Source: Octopus vulgaris (Eukaryota). From it: 64,000 bases of DNA. Where the stretch lies: the NCBI GenBank assembly GCA_951406725.2, contig OX597814.1, forward strand, positions 48,422,001-48,486,000, read 5' to 3'. A program made the translations under genes and the position numbers. Shown here piece by piece: positions 29,250 through 42,351 of this stretch; within the stretch, counting starts at the first letter, position 1, and every line of letters starts with the position of its first letter. Under the pieces are notes generated by a model. That model was not told the DNA's origin. It saw nothing but the letters and a program-made list of their open reading frames with translations, and searched no databases.

Positions 29250-29470
29250 TGTATCGAGTTAATCCAAACATGAAAACACAAAGAGAAAATACAACGCGAG
29301 GACGTATAACAAGTATTGTGTTATTGGACGCTCAGGAAAGGAAAGGAAGGAGGAGGATTTAACGTTTCGAGCGGAGCTCTTTGTCAGAAACATAGGAAGA
29401 GGAAATATCCAAAGAAGGGAAGACGGAGGAAAAAAAATCGCCAATGATACACATGCGGTCACATTTTTGT
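29250..29470 (-). mobile_element. Penelope-like element terminal fragment with minimal hammerhead motif (29358-29390)
   Basis: Minus strand TTT-CTGACAA-A-GAGC TCC GCTC-GAAACGTT-AAA followed by a pyrimidine-rich stretch; flanked by TA/TG microsatellite. Confidence 0.55.
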
Positions 29471-30008
29471 ATATGTATATCTTCCCCCTCACACATTCAT
29501 GTATACACATACATATATTTATACAATGATCTTCCATACAGTTTCCATCTCCCTGTTTTACTAAAGATTTGGTCAGTTCAAGGCTATAGAAGAAGACACT
29601 CATTTGCAGTGCCATGGATGAGAATGAATGAACCTGAAATCCCAAGATTGTAAAGAGAGCTTCTTAACTGCACAGTGAAGCTCATATTCTTGGTTTGAAC
29701 TTTCAGAGGATGCTAATTTTAGTAGTCATTAATCATCCTTATTTTTTTTTATAAGGTCCAATCAGGTCAGATGTATGTGTGGAGTAGGCTTTGTTGATCT
29801 GCCTTAGTAATTGGGTCAGATAGGGCTCTTGGTAGACTGGAAGACCACACACGTGCATGCGTGCACACGCACACACACACACTCTCTCTCTTTCGCAGTG
29901 CTGCACAAGAGACAGTAAACAACAGTAGCACTAACTTGAGTGTGTTATTTTTTAGTGTATCAATCAATGACTGTTTCATTATCATTCTGACATTATGATT
30001 AGATGCTA

Positions 30009-30067
<59 letters not shown>

Positions 30068-30075
30068 GTATTATT

Positions 30076-30255
30076 ACAATTGCCTTTGCACAGCTTCTAA
30101 CGCTAGAGATGTACTACAGTGTCAGCTGTTCACTACCAATGAATTAGGTAACACCTCTTATTTTTCGAGCACCTTCTGGAGTATTCGAGTGGTTCCAAGC
30201 AGTGCTGTTTTCTGCAAGTGCTCCACCCTTATTGCAGCCCCTATTTGCTCCACAT
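30076..30255 (-). mobile_element. 3' end of R4/Dong-like retrotransposon within (TTA)n
   Basis: Homologous to 31178-31350; flanked by (TTA)n on both sides. Confidence 0.75.
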
Positions 30256-30286
30256 TATTATTATTATTATTATTATTATTACTACT

Positions 30287-30755
30287 AGGAGAGTGAGCTG
30301 GCAGAATTGTTAGCATGCTTGGCAAAAGTGCTTAGCAGAATTTAGTTTGTCTTCTAAGGCGGCGAGCTGGCAGAAACATTAGCACACCAGGCGAAATGCT
30401 TAGCAGTATTTCATCTGCTGCTACACTCTGAGTTCAAATTCCGCCGGGGTCGACTTCGCCTTTCATCCTTTCGGGGTCGTTAAATTAAGTACCAGTTATG
30501 CACTGGGGTCGATGTAATCAACTTAATCCATTTGTCTGTCCTTGTTTGTCCCCTTTATATTTAGCCCTTTGTAGGCAATAAAGAAATAGTTTAGTTTGTC
30601 TTCTTGTTCTGAGTTCAAATTTCACTGTGATCAACTTTGCCTTTCAACTTTACCTTTCAGGGCTGATAAATTAAGTACCAGTGAAACACTGGGGTCGATG
30701 TAATTGCCTTGTCCCCTCCCACAAAGTTACAGGCCTTGTGCCTTTAGTAGAACGG

Positions 30756-30787
<32 letters not shown>

Positions 30788-31160
30788 GAGCTGGCAGAAT
30801 TGTTAGCATGCCGGACAAAATTGCTTAGCAGAATTTTGCTTGTCTTCATGTACTGAGTTCAAATTTCACTGTGGTTGACTTCACCTTTCTTCCTTTCAGT
30901 GTTGATAAAACAGATAGCATTTGAACGCTGGGGGTGATGTAATCAACTGACCCCACCTCTTCTGAAATTGCTTGCCTTGTGCCAAAATTTGAAATCCTCC
31001 TCCTTATCATCCTCATTATTATGTCGAGTTCATTCAAATTTGCCTTTCATCCTTTTGAGATCAATAGAATAAGTACCAGTTGAAGACTAAGGGGTTGATG
31101 TAATCGACTATCCCCATCCCTCAAAATTTCAGGCCTTGTGCCTATACTAGAAAAGATTAT
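30287..31160 (+). mobile_element. Nested/tandem cluster of SINE family C (MetaSINE-like core)
   Basis: At least 4 copies or fragments with GAGCTGGCAGAA...GAGTTCAAATT...GCCTTTCATCCTTTCGGGGTCG...TAAGTACCAG and TTA-repeat ends. Others lie at 33866-34082(+), 41916-42150(-) and 55520-55715(+). Confidence 0.75.
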
Positions 31161-31175
31161 TACTATCATTATTAT

Positions 31176-32285
31176 TTATTGTCTTTGCACAGCTTCTAAT
31201 GCTGGAGATGTACTACGGTGCCAGCTGTTCACTACCAGTGAACTAAGGTGATACCTCTTACTTTTCAAGCACCAGCCGGCGTTTTCGTGTGTTCCAAGCA
31301 GTGCTGTTTTCTGCAAGTGCTCCACCCTTATTGCAGCTCCTATTTGTTCCATGTATTTCTCAAGACTTTTACTCACTTTTCCCAGGGCTCTGACAGTTAT
31401 TGGTACTACTACCAATTTTTTCATTGACCACAACTGCTTAAACTCTCAAGCTAACCTGTCATATCAACTTTTTTTCTTCCTTATCACATACTTTGTTGTC
31501 AGCTGGGCATGCTATATCTATGATCCAGCATCATTTGCTTTCTTTCTCAATTAACACTATGCCAGGTTTCCTATTCTCTATCTCATGACACACTGAATCA
31601 TAAAATCCCATAGGATCTTTACATTATCATTTTCGATGATGCCTTCAGGTTTATGTTTGTACCAGGTTTTTGCTCTGTCAAGTCCATACGTGTTGCAAAT
31701 TGTCCAATGGACAATCCTTGCTATATTGTCATGGTATCTCTTATATTATTTCTGGGCTAGTGGCATACAGTGACTGGTGATATGCCATACAGTTTCACCA
31801 TTTTGTCCACAAATTCTGCACTTATCACTTTCTGACGTGTTATCTATTCTGAATTTGATATAATTAGTTCTTAATGCTTTCTCTTGGGCAGCACAAATTA
31901 GAACCTCTGTTTCTAGTTTTAAATCACTTTTAGTCATCCACAGTCATCTTTTTTCTCTGTCTGTCTTATCTTCAACATTCTTATGAAATTGTCCATCATT
32001 CTTTTCTTTATCAACCTATTTTCAGTTTCATTCATTCTCAAGTCCTTTTACAGTGCTTTATCTTTGCAATCTTCCATCCTACACAAGCCTGACCTTCTTA
32101 CTTCCAATAATATTTGTTCTGTGGCATTTTTTACATACCATGCCATGTTGTTTTCTTCTGCTCTAATGCTGCGTTTGCATCCAATGTGTCCTCTTCACCT
32201 TCTTTTTCTTGGTACATGCAGTCTGTCTGTGTCACTTTTTGGGTGGAGTATCCCATATCTAGTCAGCAACTTCCTTGTCTTTCTT
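31176..32285 (-). mobile_element. 5'-truncated R4/Dong-clade retrotransposon (CCHC knuckle + restriction-like endonuclease)
   Basis: ETEVLICAAQEKALRT, CRICGQNGETVWHITSHC, HDNIARIVHW, KILWDF, VVPITVRALG and LQKTALLGT; 3' end abuts TAA repeats. Confidence 0.85.
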
Positions 32286-32460
32286 TTTGTTCTTGTCGTC
32301 GTTGTCGTTGTCATCGGCGTCAGCGTCCTCCTCCTCCTGTCAAATTTGCCTTTCATCCTTTTGAGATCAATAAAATAAATACCACTTTAGTCATGTGGTC
32401 AGTGTAATTGACTTACTCTGTCCTCTGAAATTGCTAACCATGTGCCAAAATTTGAAACCC

Positions 32461-33081
32461 TTATTACCTCTGCCTTAGCAAAAGCATTGTCTTCAGTCAT
32501 GTTTGTTTGTTTGTCTGTGACAAGATATCTCAAGAACCGATGGTTAGATTTGGATGAAACTTTCAGGGATGTTTGACCTTTTGACTGGGATGAACTAATT
32601 ATATTTTGGGATATATTCAGTACCAGACAAGAATTCTGGATTATTTGTTATATTTACTTTACATGATTACAATCTTATGTTGACTTTCAAGTCTTTCTCA
32701 ATTATCTCCCTTTAGGCTCTTTCCAAAGTTTTATTTTTGTTTCTCTATTATTAATTTTACCCATGTCTCTATCTTAGTAGAAACTGATGGATAAAGAAAT
32801 CAAACTACATAAGCAAACGGCAGCAAAACCGTTCAGAAATTAAATAACACTAACAAATTTTTATAATATATACTCTTTTATTCTTTTACTCTTTTACTTG
32901 TTTCAATCATTTGACTGTGGCCATGCTGGAGCACCACCTTTAGTCGAGCAAATCGACCCCGGGACTTATTTTTTGTAAGCCCAGTACTTATTCTATCGGT
33001 CTCTTTTGCCGAACCGCTAAGTGACGGGGACGTAAACACACCAGCATTGGTTGTCAAGCAATGCTAGGGGGACAAACACAG

Positions 33082-33112
<31 letters not shown>

Positions 33113-33781
33113 CATATATACGACAGGCTACTTTCAGTTTCCGTCTACCAAATCCACTCACAAGGCATTAGTCGGCCCAGGGCTATAGCAGAAGACACTT
33201 GCCCAAGATGCCACGCAATGGGACTGAACCCGCAACCATGTGGTTGGTTAGCAAGCTACTTACCACACAGCCACTCCTGCGCCTATATATATATTATATA
33301 TTATACATACATATTAACACTTTACAGTATACTTACATATACACACATACATCTGTACATTGATCTAAAACAACAGGAATACTAAAGGAAGGCTGGAATT
33401 TAAAAGAAGAGTAAACTTAAAGGTTTCATTTTCATTTAAAAATTCCTGAGTAGAACTTATTATTATCTCCTCAGCCTTGGAAACTATTTTGAATGGTGAA
33501 TTTGTTTAACTTTGATTTGTATGAGATAAGGGTAAACTATCTATTACTGTTACTAAATTTTCTACAGCCACCATCACATTCTATGACTACCATTGGGATC
33601 TATCAGGTACCGTACAAGGATTATTTTTCCGTGTTTTATTTTACTTAATTTTTGAGAGCAGTCAGGTTCATTTTTAGTATTGTCGTTTGTGAGAGCAGTC
33701 GAGTTTATTTCAGATATTCCCATTTTAAAAATCATCTCTGGCTAATCATTGAGAGGACGTCGTTGTTGCCTTGGTGGAGGC
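32461..33781 (+). mobile_element. Helentron-associated (HINE/DINE-1-like) element ends, interrupted by other inserts
   Basis: 5' TTATTACCTCTGCC + (GTTT)n/GTCT block at 32461-32645; 3' piece 33593-33781 ends CCTTGGTGGAGG, which is the inverted complement of the 5' CCTC(C/T)GCC. Confidence 0.5.
32873..33283 (-). mobile_element. Near-intact SINE family A copy
   Basis: Full head-microsatellite-tail with (AGTAAAAG)n end; very similar to 62088-62500. Confidence 0.9.
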
Positions 33782-34456
33782 ATTATTATTATTATCATTA
33801 TTATTATTATTAATATTATTATTATTATTATTATCATTATTATTATATTTATTATTATTATTATTATGGTGGCGAGTTGGCAGGTTCATTAGCATTCAGG
33901 CAAAATGCTTAGTGGCACTTTGTCTGTCTGCACGTTCTGAGTTCAAATTCCACCGAGGTCAACTTTGCCTTTCATCCTTTCAGGGTTGATAAATTAAATA
34001 CCAGTGAAACACTGGGGTTGATGTAACCGACTGGTCCTCCCCCCCAAAATTTCAGGCCTTGTGCCTTTAGTAGAAAGGATTGTTGTTGTTATTGGTGTTG
34101 TTATAATTGTTACTTCTCACTAATACAAATAGATAACAAATCTGAACCCCAAATACAAAGTGTGTGTGTGTGTGTGTGTGTGTAGGAAGGGGTCAGTTAG
34201 AAAGAGGAATGAATATTTATTTAATAGCAGTAGTAATAGGAAGAGAAGAAGGAAGAGAAGAGGTCCAATGCCTGTTTTCTCAGCTGTTAAAATTTGTCAC
34301 CTTTGTTTAATGAGGTCACTCTTAGCTGTGAATATTTTTCATGTGCTTTGTTTACATTAAGTCACTCATACATATAGAGAACATAAGAAAACATCACTAC
34401 ATCTACTGCTGTTGCTGCTGCTACTACTGCTGCTGCTAATCACATACACACACACA

Positions 34457-34512
<56 letters not shown>

Positions 34513-34858
34513 AATTCAGCCACCCATTTTATCTCAGTAACTTTCCCCCATATCTAGATGAATTAGACTGTTTACTTCACTAGATCTGAATCAGACAATG
34601 ACTCGATAAATGTAACATCTGATCAATGGTGTGGAAATGTCCCTTGGAGGCTTGCTGACCTTAATATACAGACTGTCTTATGTACAACTGCTAGCAGTGA
34701 TCATGTAGCCACGTGCGTATATGCATGCACACAGACGCACACACACATACATGCACACAAACAAACACATGGAATAGAGCAGTAGGATTACTAATTTTTA
34801 TCTAGGTCCTTTTAACAATTGTAAGTAAGATCATACTGGAGTTGCAGCAGTGATGATG

Positions 34859-34897
<39 letters not shown>

Positions 34898-34906
34898 TAT
34901 ATTTAT

Positions 34907-34956
<50 letters not shown>

Positions 34957-34984
34957 GCATATATATATATATATTATATATATC

Positions 34985-35035
<51 letters not shown>

Positions 35036-35142
35036 GCATATATATATATATATATATATATATAAGGATAAGATCGTTAATTTAAATTAAATAACAATCT
35101 TATGCGGCCAGCATGGAAATAAAAACCTTCAAAGGTAATTAT

Positions 35143-35386
35143 TATTAAAATTATAACTTAGAATATCTACAAGATACCGCCATGCTGAAAATAGCAGCCA
35201 TGATCTGACTCTAAGACCACCTTAAGTATTCATATAGCACAAGGAGAATTTTTTACTAGTTTATTTTGTCTTTTTGTTTTCTCTCCTTGTGCTATATGAA
35301 CACTTAAGGTGGTCTTAGAGTCAGATCATGGCTGCTATTTTCAGCATGGCGGTATCTTGTAGATACCCTAAGTTATAATTTTAATA
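35143..35386. repeat. 105-bp inverted repeat with 34-bp spacer
   Basis: 35143-35247 versus 35282-35386 are reverse complements with about 3 mismatches; embedded in (TA)n. Confidence 0.9.
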
Positions 35387-35407
35387 TATATATTATATAT
35401 ATCTGCG

Positions 35408-35443
<36 letters not shown>

Positions 35444-35801
35444 GTCTGCATTTATATATATATATATATATATATTATCTTCATCATCATTTAGCGTCCG
35501 CTTTCCATGCTAGCATGGGTTGGACGGTTCAACTGGGGTCTGTGAAGCCAGAAGGCTGTATCAGGCCCAGTCTTATCTGGCAGTGTTTCTACGGCTGGAT
35601 GCCCTTCCTAACACCAACCACTCCGTGAGTGTAGTGGGTGCTTTTTACGTGCCACCCGCACAGGTGCCAGGCGAGGCTGGCAACTGCCACGATTAGATGG
35701 TGCTTTTTACGTGCCACCGGCACGGGGGCCAGGCGAAGCTGGCATTGGCCACGAACGGATGGTGCTTTTATATATATATATATATTATATATATATATAT
35801 A

Positions 35802-37895
35802 TTTAGGTTCAGCTCAGAGCTGTGGCCATGCTGGGGCACCACTGTTTTGCTACACTGTTATTACTGAGACCCTCCTCTAATATGTGGCACTTGGTGAAGA
35901 ATGGAGTTTGATGTAGCTACCCTCATTTGCACCTCTTGCCGTGAGGTAGGTTCATCTGGGACTCTTGACAGGAAGAGGTCCAGCTTTGAATTAAAAACAC
36001 CTACATCTACTTTGTGCAGGCTCCTCAGGCTCTTTGGGTGAATATTAAAAAGCTGTGGGCCCCTGAAACCCAGGCTGTTGCAGTAACTGGTCCTGAAGTA
36101 CGATGGCCTTGCTGGGATCTTTGGCACTATGCAGTGTCGTCCCGTTCTGGCATTGGTGTAGCTTTCAATGACAAAATTTGGCACAATTCCTTCCAGGATT
36201 TTCTAGATATATATTACTGCATACCTCTACTGTCTTCTCTCCAGGTAATAAAGTCTTAGCTGTTTTAACCTTTCCCAGTAGCTGAGCTGTTGCAAAGAGA
36301 TGATCTTTGTGAATCTTCTCTGGATTGCTTCAAGGTCCGCTGTTAATTTCCCACTGGGGTGTGGGGTAGGGGGGTGACCATATTTGTGAGCAGTAATCCA
36401 GGCGGCTGAGGACAAATGTTTGCCAGAGGACCATCATGGTTTCCTTATCTCTGGCTCTGAATGTTCTTAGGATCCATCAAACCAGTCGTCTGCACTTTGT
36501 CGCCATCCTGGTAATGTGCACTTGGAAAGAGGTATCATCTCTCATGTCTATACCCAAGTCCCTCACTGATTTAGGCTCTGGGATTGAAATTCCCTGTGGA
36601 CCAGTGTACCCTGTAAGTTTCATATTCAGTTTCCGATGCTGGTAGCACAGAGCTTGGAATTTTTCAGCATTAAACTGCATATTATTATCCTCAGCCCATC
36701 TGTAAATTGAGTCCAACTCTTGCTGCAGGTGTGCAACAATGCTGGGGTTCTGTATTTTCTGCGAGACTTTCGTATCATCTGCATAGCTTGCAAGGGTTGC
36801 TATCCGGGCACTTGAGGGCATATCTGAGAGGGCCACTATAAAAAAGTAGTGGTCCCAAGACAGTGCCCTGTGGAACACTGCTCATTATTTGTGTGTTCTT
36901 GGAGGTGGCTCCATTAGCCACTACTGCCTGACTTCTATCTTTCAGAAAGTCATGTAACCACTCTCCAAGTTTTTCAGCTATGCCTATGTCACACAGTTTG
37001 TGGCATATCATGCCATGATCCACCTTGTCAAAAGCTTTTGCAAAATCAAGGTAGATTACGTCCACATTTGAGTTGTTGAGTAACTGCTTCAACACCCAGT
37101 CATAATGTTGTAAGAGCTGAGTCAGGCAGCTCCTACCTGGTCGAAAGCCTTGCTGGGTATCACTCAGCAAGTTATTTTCTTCAAGGAATGCGATTAGTTT
37201 CCCTCTGATTATCCGTTCCATGACTTTGCTGATGTGTGAAGTCAGAGAGATAGGCCTATAGTTTTTGGCATCTGCTCTACTTCCCCCTTTATGGATTGAG
37301 CATACTATTTCCTCTTTCAGCTTGCTTGGCAGTCTGCCATTTTCAAGAAAGTTCTGAAACAGAATCTTTAGAGGTTTTGCCAGGGAATGCTTACACGATT
37401 TGAGGAGGATTGCTGGGAAACCATCAGGACCAGCAGTTGAGTTTGCTTCCACCTATGCCTAGTAGTATATCTTCTTCGCTAATGTTGATGTATTTCATTG
37501 TAACTGCCTCGCTGGTTATAGGTGAGGCGGCAAAGAAATCCACTGGTTCGTTGACTTGTCTCTGTTGACTTGTCTGTGTTCAGTCACTAATCTTAGTTGG
37601 ACTGTCTGTGAGGGAGCCATCTTTTTGGAAGAGAGGTCCTATCTTGCAGTGTACTGAGGCTGTTTCTTTCGCATAATGAAAGAAGGCCTTTAGGGTTGAC
37701 TTAATGTTTTTTATAACCAAGGTTTCTTTGTCTGCTGTCTCCCTCACATAGGATTGTTGCAGCCTTTTTTCAATCTCCATCAGTGTTGTTTTTAGGTGAG
37801 ACCTTTCGCTACTTTTGGGATGTTGGTTGAGTCGATTTGCAACCTTTGTCCGTCGTCTCACGAGGGTCTTCCTCTCCCCTGGAATGTTGTTCCTA
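35802..37895 (-). mobile_element. 5'-truncated CR1-clade LINE with reverse transcriptase domain and 3' end
   Basis: NYRPISLTS, QGFRPGRSC, YLDFAKAFDKVDH, VPQGTVLGP, YADD, VRDLGI and LSYWERLKQL; frameshifted. Confidence 0.92.
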
Positions 37896-39565
37896 TTTTC
37901 AGTGGTTGATGTTGAGGTGGAACTCCCTTTTGTTAATAACTAGGAAAATCTTGGACAGAGAAAGAATTTCATTTCTGTTGCAAATGATGGAGTAGTATGC
38001 TACGTGTTGGAGTTTAGAAGTGAAATACAATGAGGACAAGGAATAGTAGGTGCATTAGATGAACTGAGGTGGTGCTGGATGATAGTTCAGATTATCATAA
38101 ACTGTTAGCATTATAGTGGAGATATAAATAATTGCACATCAATTGGTGGTAATTGATAACAGGGTTCTTTGTTAATCAGCATGATGGCTTTACTGTAAGT
38201 GTGGCCTTTGTGTGTATGTAGCAACAGTATTGCTTCAGTTATATGAGCAGTACACTAATGTGCGTTGTACTAAACCTTTTGTAGAATTTGATTTTACTTA
38301 GAGCATAAAGTGAATGAATAATTTGAAAGCTTATGTAAGTAAAATAGCTACTGATATTTTAAAATCACTGTAACAGTAGAAACATCAATAATCAGCAAAA
38401 ACAAATGAAGACTTTTAATCCACAAAAAATTCAATATTGTTAAAATAAAAGCATCAAAATCCAATTTTCAAGTGAAATCTATAAATACAAAAGTTTCAAA
38501 AGAAAAATAGATTAAACTACTAATACTCAGACTAATTAAGAATCAATTATTCATGTTCACTTTGTGTAAACAGATCTTTGATAATGAAAGTAATAAGAAT
38601 TTGAAGATATTTGTACTGAAATCATTAATTAAAAATAAGGAGGGAATGAAGATGGTCTATATATGGAAAGTTGAAAGTAAATTGGTTTAATTTTCCCTCA
38701 TATATTCTATCAAAGAGGGGAATTAAAATAAATGTACTCAAGGCAGAAAAAGAGATAATCAAACAATTGCTGGCTGTTAGAGGAGCTTGGTGAGAATTAA
38801 TGATAGACAGTTGAACTGTGATTCTTCAAGAGCTGAACTTGAGGAATAAGGAAGAAAGACTTTGGAAATCTTTATTGCAAATATACATGTGGAAGAGGTG
38901 TTTTATAAGAAGAGTGGAAGTGCAAACCTTACTTTCAAAATCAAGTTGAATTTAATTGACTTTACCCTAGACTGGTATGTTGGGCCAGTGATAGAAGATG
39001 GAAGGTTTGTATCCTGGAAGACATGCTAAATCTTCTTCATATCTCATGAGCTAATGAGGAAGACTCTGTATGGTCACTCAACCTGCTAGAAATAGCAGCC
39101 AAATATCCCTTAAATCATACCTTACTAACTTAAATAAAGAACACATTGGACAATATAGTCCCTCATATACATACAAATAGAAAGGATGGTCAAAGCTGGA
39201 AATCCTTTAATTGTTGGTCTGCTTGACTAGGGTTGACTTGGAGTTAAACAGCATATATAGTAAGATTTTCTTGGAAATTTACCTGTGAAGGATTAAATCT
39301 ATTTATAAAGGAAATTTGTGTCTTACTATCTTCATGCTGCAGAATCTAGAGGTTTATGTCTTACTTAATTATTACTTGATGTTAAAATATTGTGCAAGGT
39401 ACTGCATTTTATCAGGTTTGCTACCTTTCAGTTCTGAATCAGAACATTGTCCAAGAAATATTTCATTTATTTACTTACAACTATGATTATTTTGAAATCT
39501 ACTATAAAAATCATCTAACTTTTGATTTAACATTGCTAACAAAAACCAATTACGTTGTCTTTCAG

Positions 39566-39695
39566 GAATTGCAACATACTCAAAGACTGGAGCGTTTACG
39601 AGAAGAACAACAGGCTGTCAGGGATAAACTGACACAAAAACAGCAATTTGAACAGAATTTCAAGCCTTGCATTGTTTGTGGGGACAAAGCATCAG
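39566..39695 (+). CDS. NR2C/Hr78: NR2C/Hr78-like coding exon 3 (charged helical segment + start of zinc finger 1, CIVCGDKASG)
   Basis: Acceptor gtctttcag|GAA. Encodes ELQHTQRLERLREEQQ...FKPCIVCGDKAS-G. Donor G|gttaat, phase 1. Confidence 0.93.
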
Positions 39696-40099
39696 GTTAA
39701 TATATTTTCTCTCTTCTTAAATTCTTCTGAAATTTTTCTTCAGGATGTTACTGGTTGGAAGCTTATAACATTTTTGAAACCTTCTCTCTTGGTGCTGCTT
39801 CTGATTTTCTGATGCAAAACTGTCAATTTGAAATGTTCATATTTAAATTACAATATTCTACAGTATGGTGTCATAAAAAATGTTTGTTAAGGTATATTCA
39901 AAACACCATATTAACCCTGGGTAAAAGAGCTAAAAAAATGATTTCCCATCTAATATTGTCAGTGTCACTAAAATATGTTTTCTGTCTCTCATATTGAAAT
40001 AAATAGAGGGCAACGTTGTCCTTAGCACTTGTTTTTTTTTTTTTTGTTTTATCGCCAATATTGGTGCTTGTGATGCCAGTCAAACCAGCAGTTAGTCTG

Positions 40100-41830
40100 G
40101 CTTTCCAATGTAGAGGAACTCCTCACAGTATTTGCATCTGTTAACACTTACAGCATTTGGGTAAGACTTTGACCTCAGCCTGGGGCTTCATCTGTTTTGC
40201 TCTCTGGTAGTTTTCCCTGCACACCCCACAACAATTGTTGGTGGATGCTTTTTTCTGCCCTTTCCACATATGCCTCTTTTCATCATCCTGCTCAGCTGAG
40301 TGTTGTCTGCCAAAGTCAGTGTTCTTGTTTCTAAGATTGCCAATAAGTTTGTGGCAGAGTTTATCTTGAAAGAAACGAAATAAGTACACTATCTTTCCAG
40401 TGGAGTGATGTGGTTTGAAGAAACCCATCAACCCATATGCCTTGTAGGCTGCCCACATAAAAAAACTTCATCACCAGGCGGTTTGGCCACTTGTAATGAC
40501 GGCAACACTTTTTAAGTCAAGTCATTTAGTAATTTTTGTCTGTTCCAGCTGGGTGGGCATTATATTTTTTCATTGCCTTAGGACAAAGGAAAGGGGCCCT
40601 TCTGTGTTCATTTGCATCGTATCGCTGTACATGTTCTTGTGGAGGTGATATAAACAGGGACAAAATGAAATTAATCAGTCTTTTGTCTTTCCAAACAAAG
40701 ACAGGCACATTTTTGTTGAACAAAACTTCTGACTCACAGCTTTCCATCTCATTATTTCTTTTCATGAGGGTCCTTGGGAATTCTCTTCTATTTGTCATTG
40801 CAGTACCACACATTTGAATATCTTTGTTGACAAGAAGATATTCCATGAGTTATACAGACATGTAAAATCTGTCAGTGTAGAATGCATAGTTTTGTCTGGA
40901 ATATTCATTTGTCATCCTCACAACTAAGTTTCCTGTAACACCAACGTTGTCAATTTCATTTGCATCATCTCTCCTTCTGGTATACATTTCTGCATTGCAG
41001 ATGTATCTGTTTTCAGAATCACATAATAGAAAAAATTTTACCCCACCAACATATTGGCTTATTTTTCTATACTGCTTGAATAAAAACTTATTCTTCATGG
41101 GGATCATTCCCTCAACTAGTGATTATTCACAGTCAGGCACATAATGTTGTTTGAATTTATCAAGCAAGTGACTGAATATAGAACTAGTCTTGTACAGTTT
41201 ATCATTCCTATCAATGTTCTGATTGTCTTCATTCACACAGTGTAGTAAAGACCAAATAGCATGAAATCTGTTGTGACTCACAACCTCTGGAAAACCTGGG
41301 GTCAGTGATAGTAAGGCATCCTTTGACAACCAGTACTGTTCATAGTGATCCTTGTGCACCAGGATTTCCATGGTCACCTAGAAACCAAAAAAAAGCTTTC
41401 AGTTCTTCCAATATAAGTTTTCTTTCTCATGCAAAATTTTTGCTGAGAAATTATTCAGCTTCGCCTGAAACACATGTTCAGCTTGATTCTTAATTTCCTC
41501 AAGTAAAATATCCCATAAATCATCATTCCAGAATAAACTAAAATGATCAATTGGAGTGCTGTCTACATTTATAGTGTCAGGCATATTCTTGGGCCTTGGA
41601 TTATTTGGCATAAATTGGTACTCTGCAAAGCCTATTGTGTTTCTCTGCTATCCTGGAGGAGTATTGGCTTTTACTCTGGGCAGAAAACTGGGCCTACCAC
41701 CTTGCCAGCTGCCATGTGGAGCATGCCTGCTGTTCCTGCCATGAACATGAACATGCCTCCTATTCTGGTGACTGACAGGCACTGCACCATGCACATAATC
41801 TGGTAGCCGTGCATTTTGTACAACAGCGTA
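40100..41830 (-). mobile_element. Decayed piggyBac (PGBD-like) transposase
   Basis: FSLFWNDDLWDIL, SHNRFHAIWSLLH, GVKFFLLCDS, YTDRFYMS, CGTAMTNRREFP, WKDKR, KKYN...GTDK and a C-terminal Cys-rich segment. Many stops and frameshifts. A possible TTAA|CCC terminus lies at 39911. Confidence 0.85.
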
Positions 41831-42351
41831 ATTGTCGAGATCATCACTATCACTTTCTGGGTTTGATTTTGGGTTCAGTCCCGTCCTATGGCACCTTGGG
41901 CAAATGTGTTCCTATATATATTTCTTTACTGCCCACAAGGGGCTAAACATATAGGGAACAAACAAGGACAGACAAAGGGATTAAGTCGATTACATCGACC
42001 CCAGTGGGAAACTGGTACTTTATTTATCGACCCCAAAAGTATGAAAGGCAAAGTCAACCTTGGTGGAATTTGAACTCGGAACGTAACGACTGATGAAATA
42101 CCGCTAAGCATTTCGCCCAGCACGCTAACGTTTCTGCCAGCTCGCCGCCAATATATTAATGTGTTCCTATATAGCCTCAAGCTGACCATAGCCTTGTGAG
42201 TGGATTTAGTAGATGGAAAATACATGTATGTATGCGTGTTGAACCCCTTATTCGCATAATCACCAAACCTGGAACTTAACTATGGTATATCTATATCACT
42301 TATTTAGCATTATTTAATTTTGACTTAATATATATAAAATAATGTTCTAAC

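Noticed and set aside
40100-41830. Domesticated piggyBac-derived gene
   Set aside because: Multiple frameshifts and stops across the catalytic region indicate a dead transposon.
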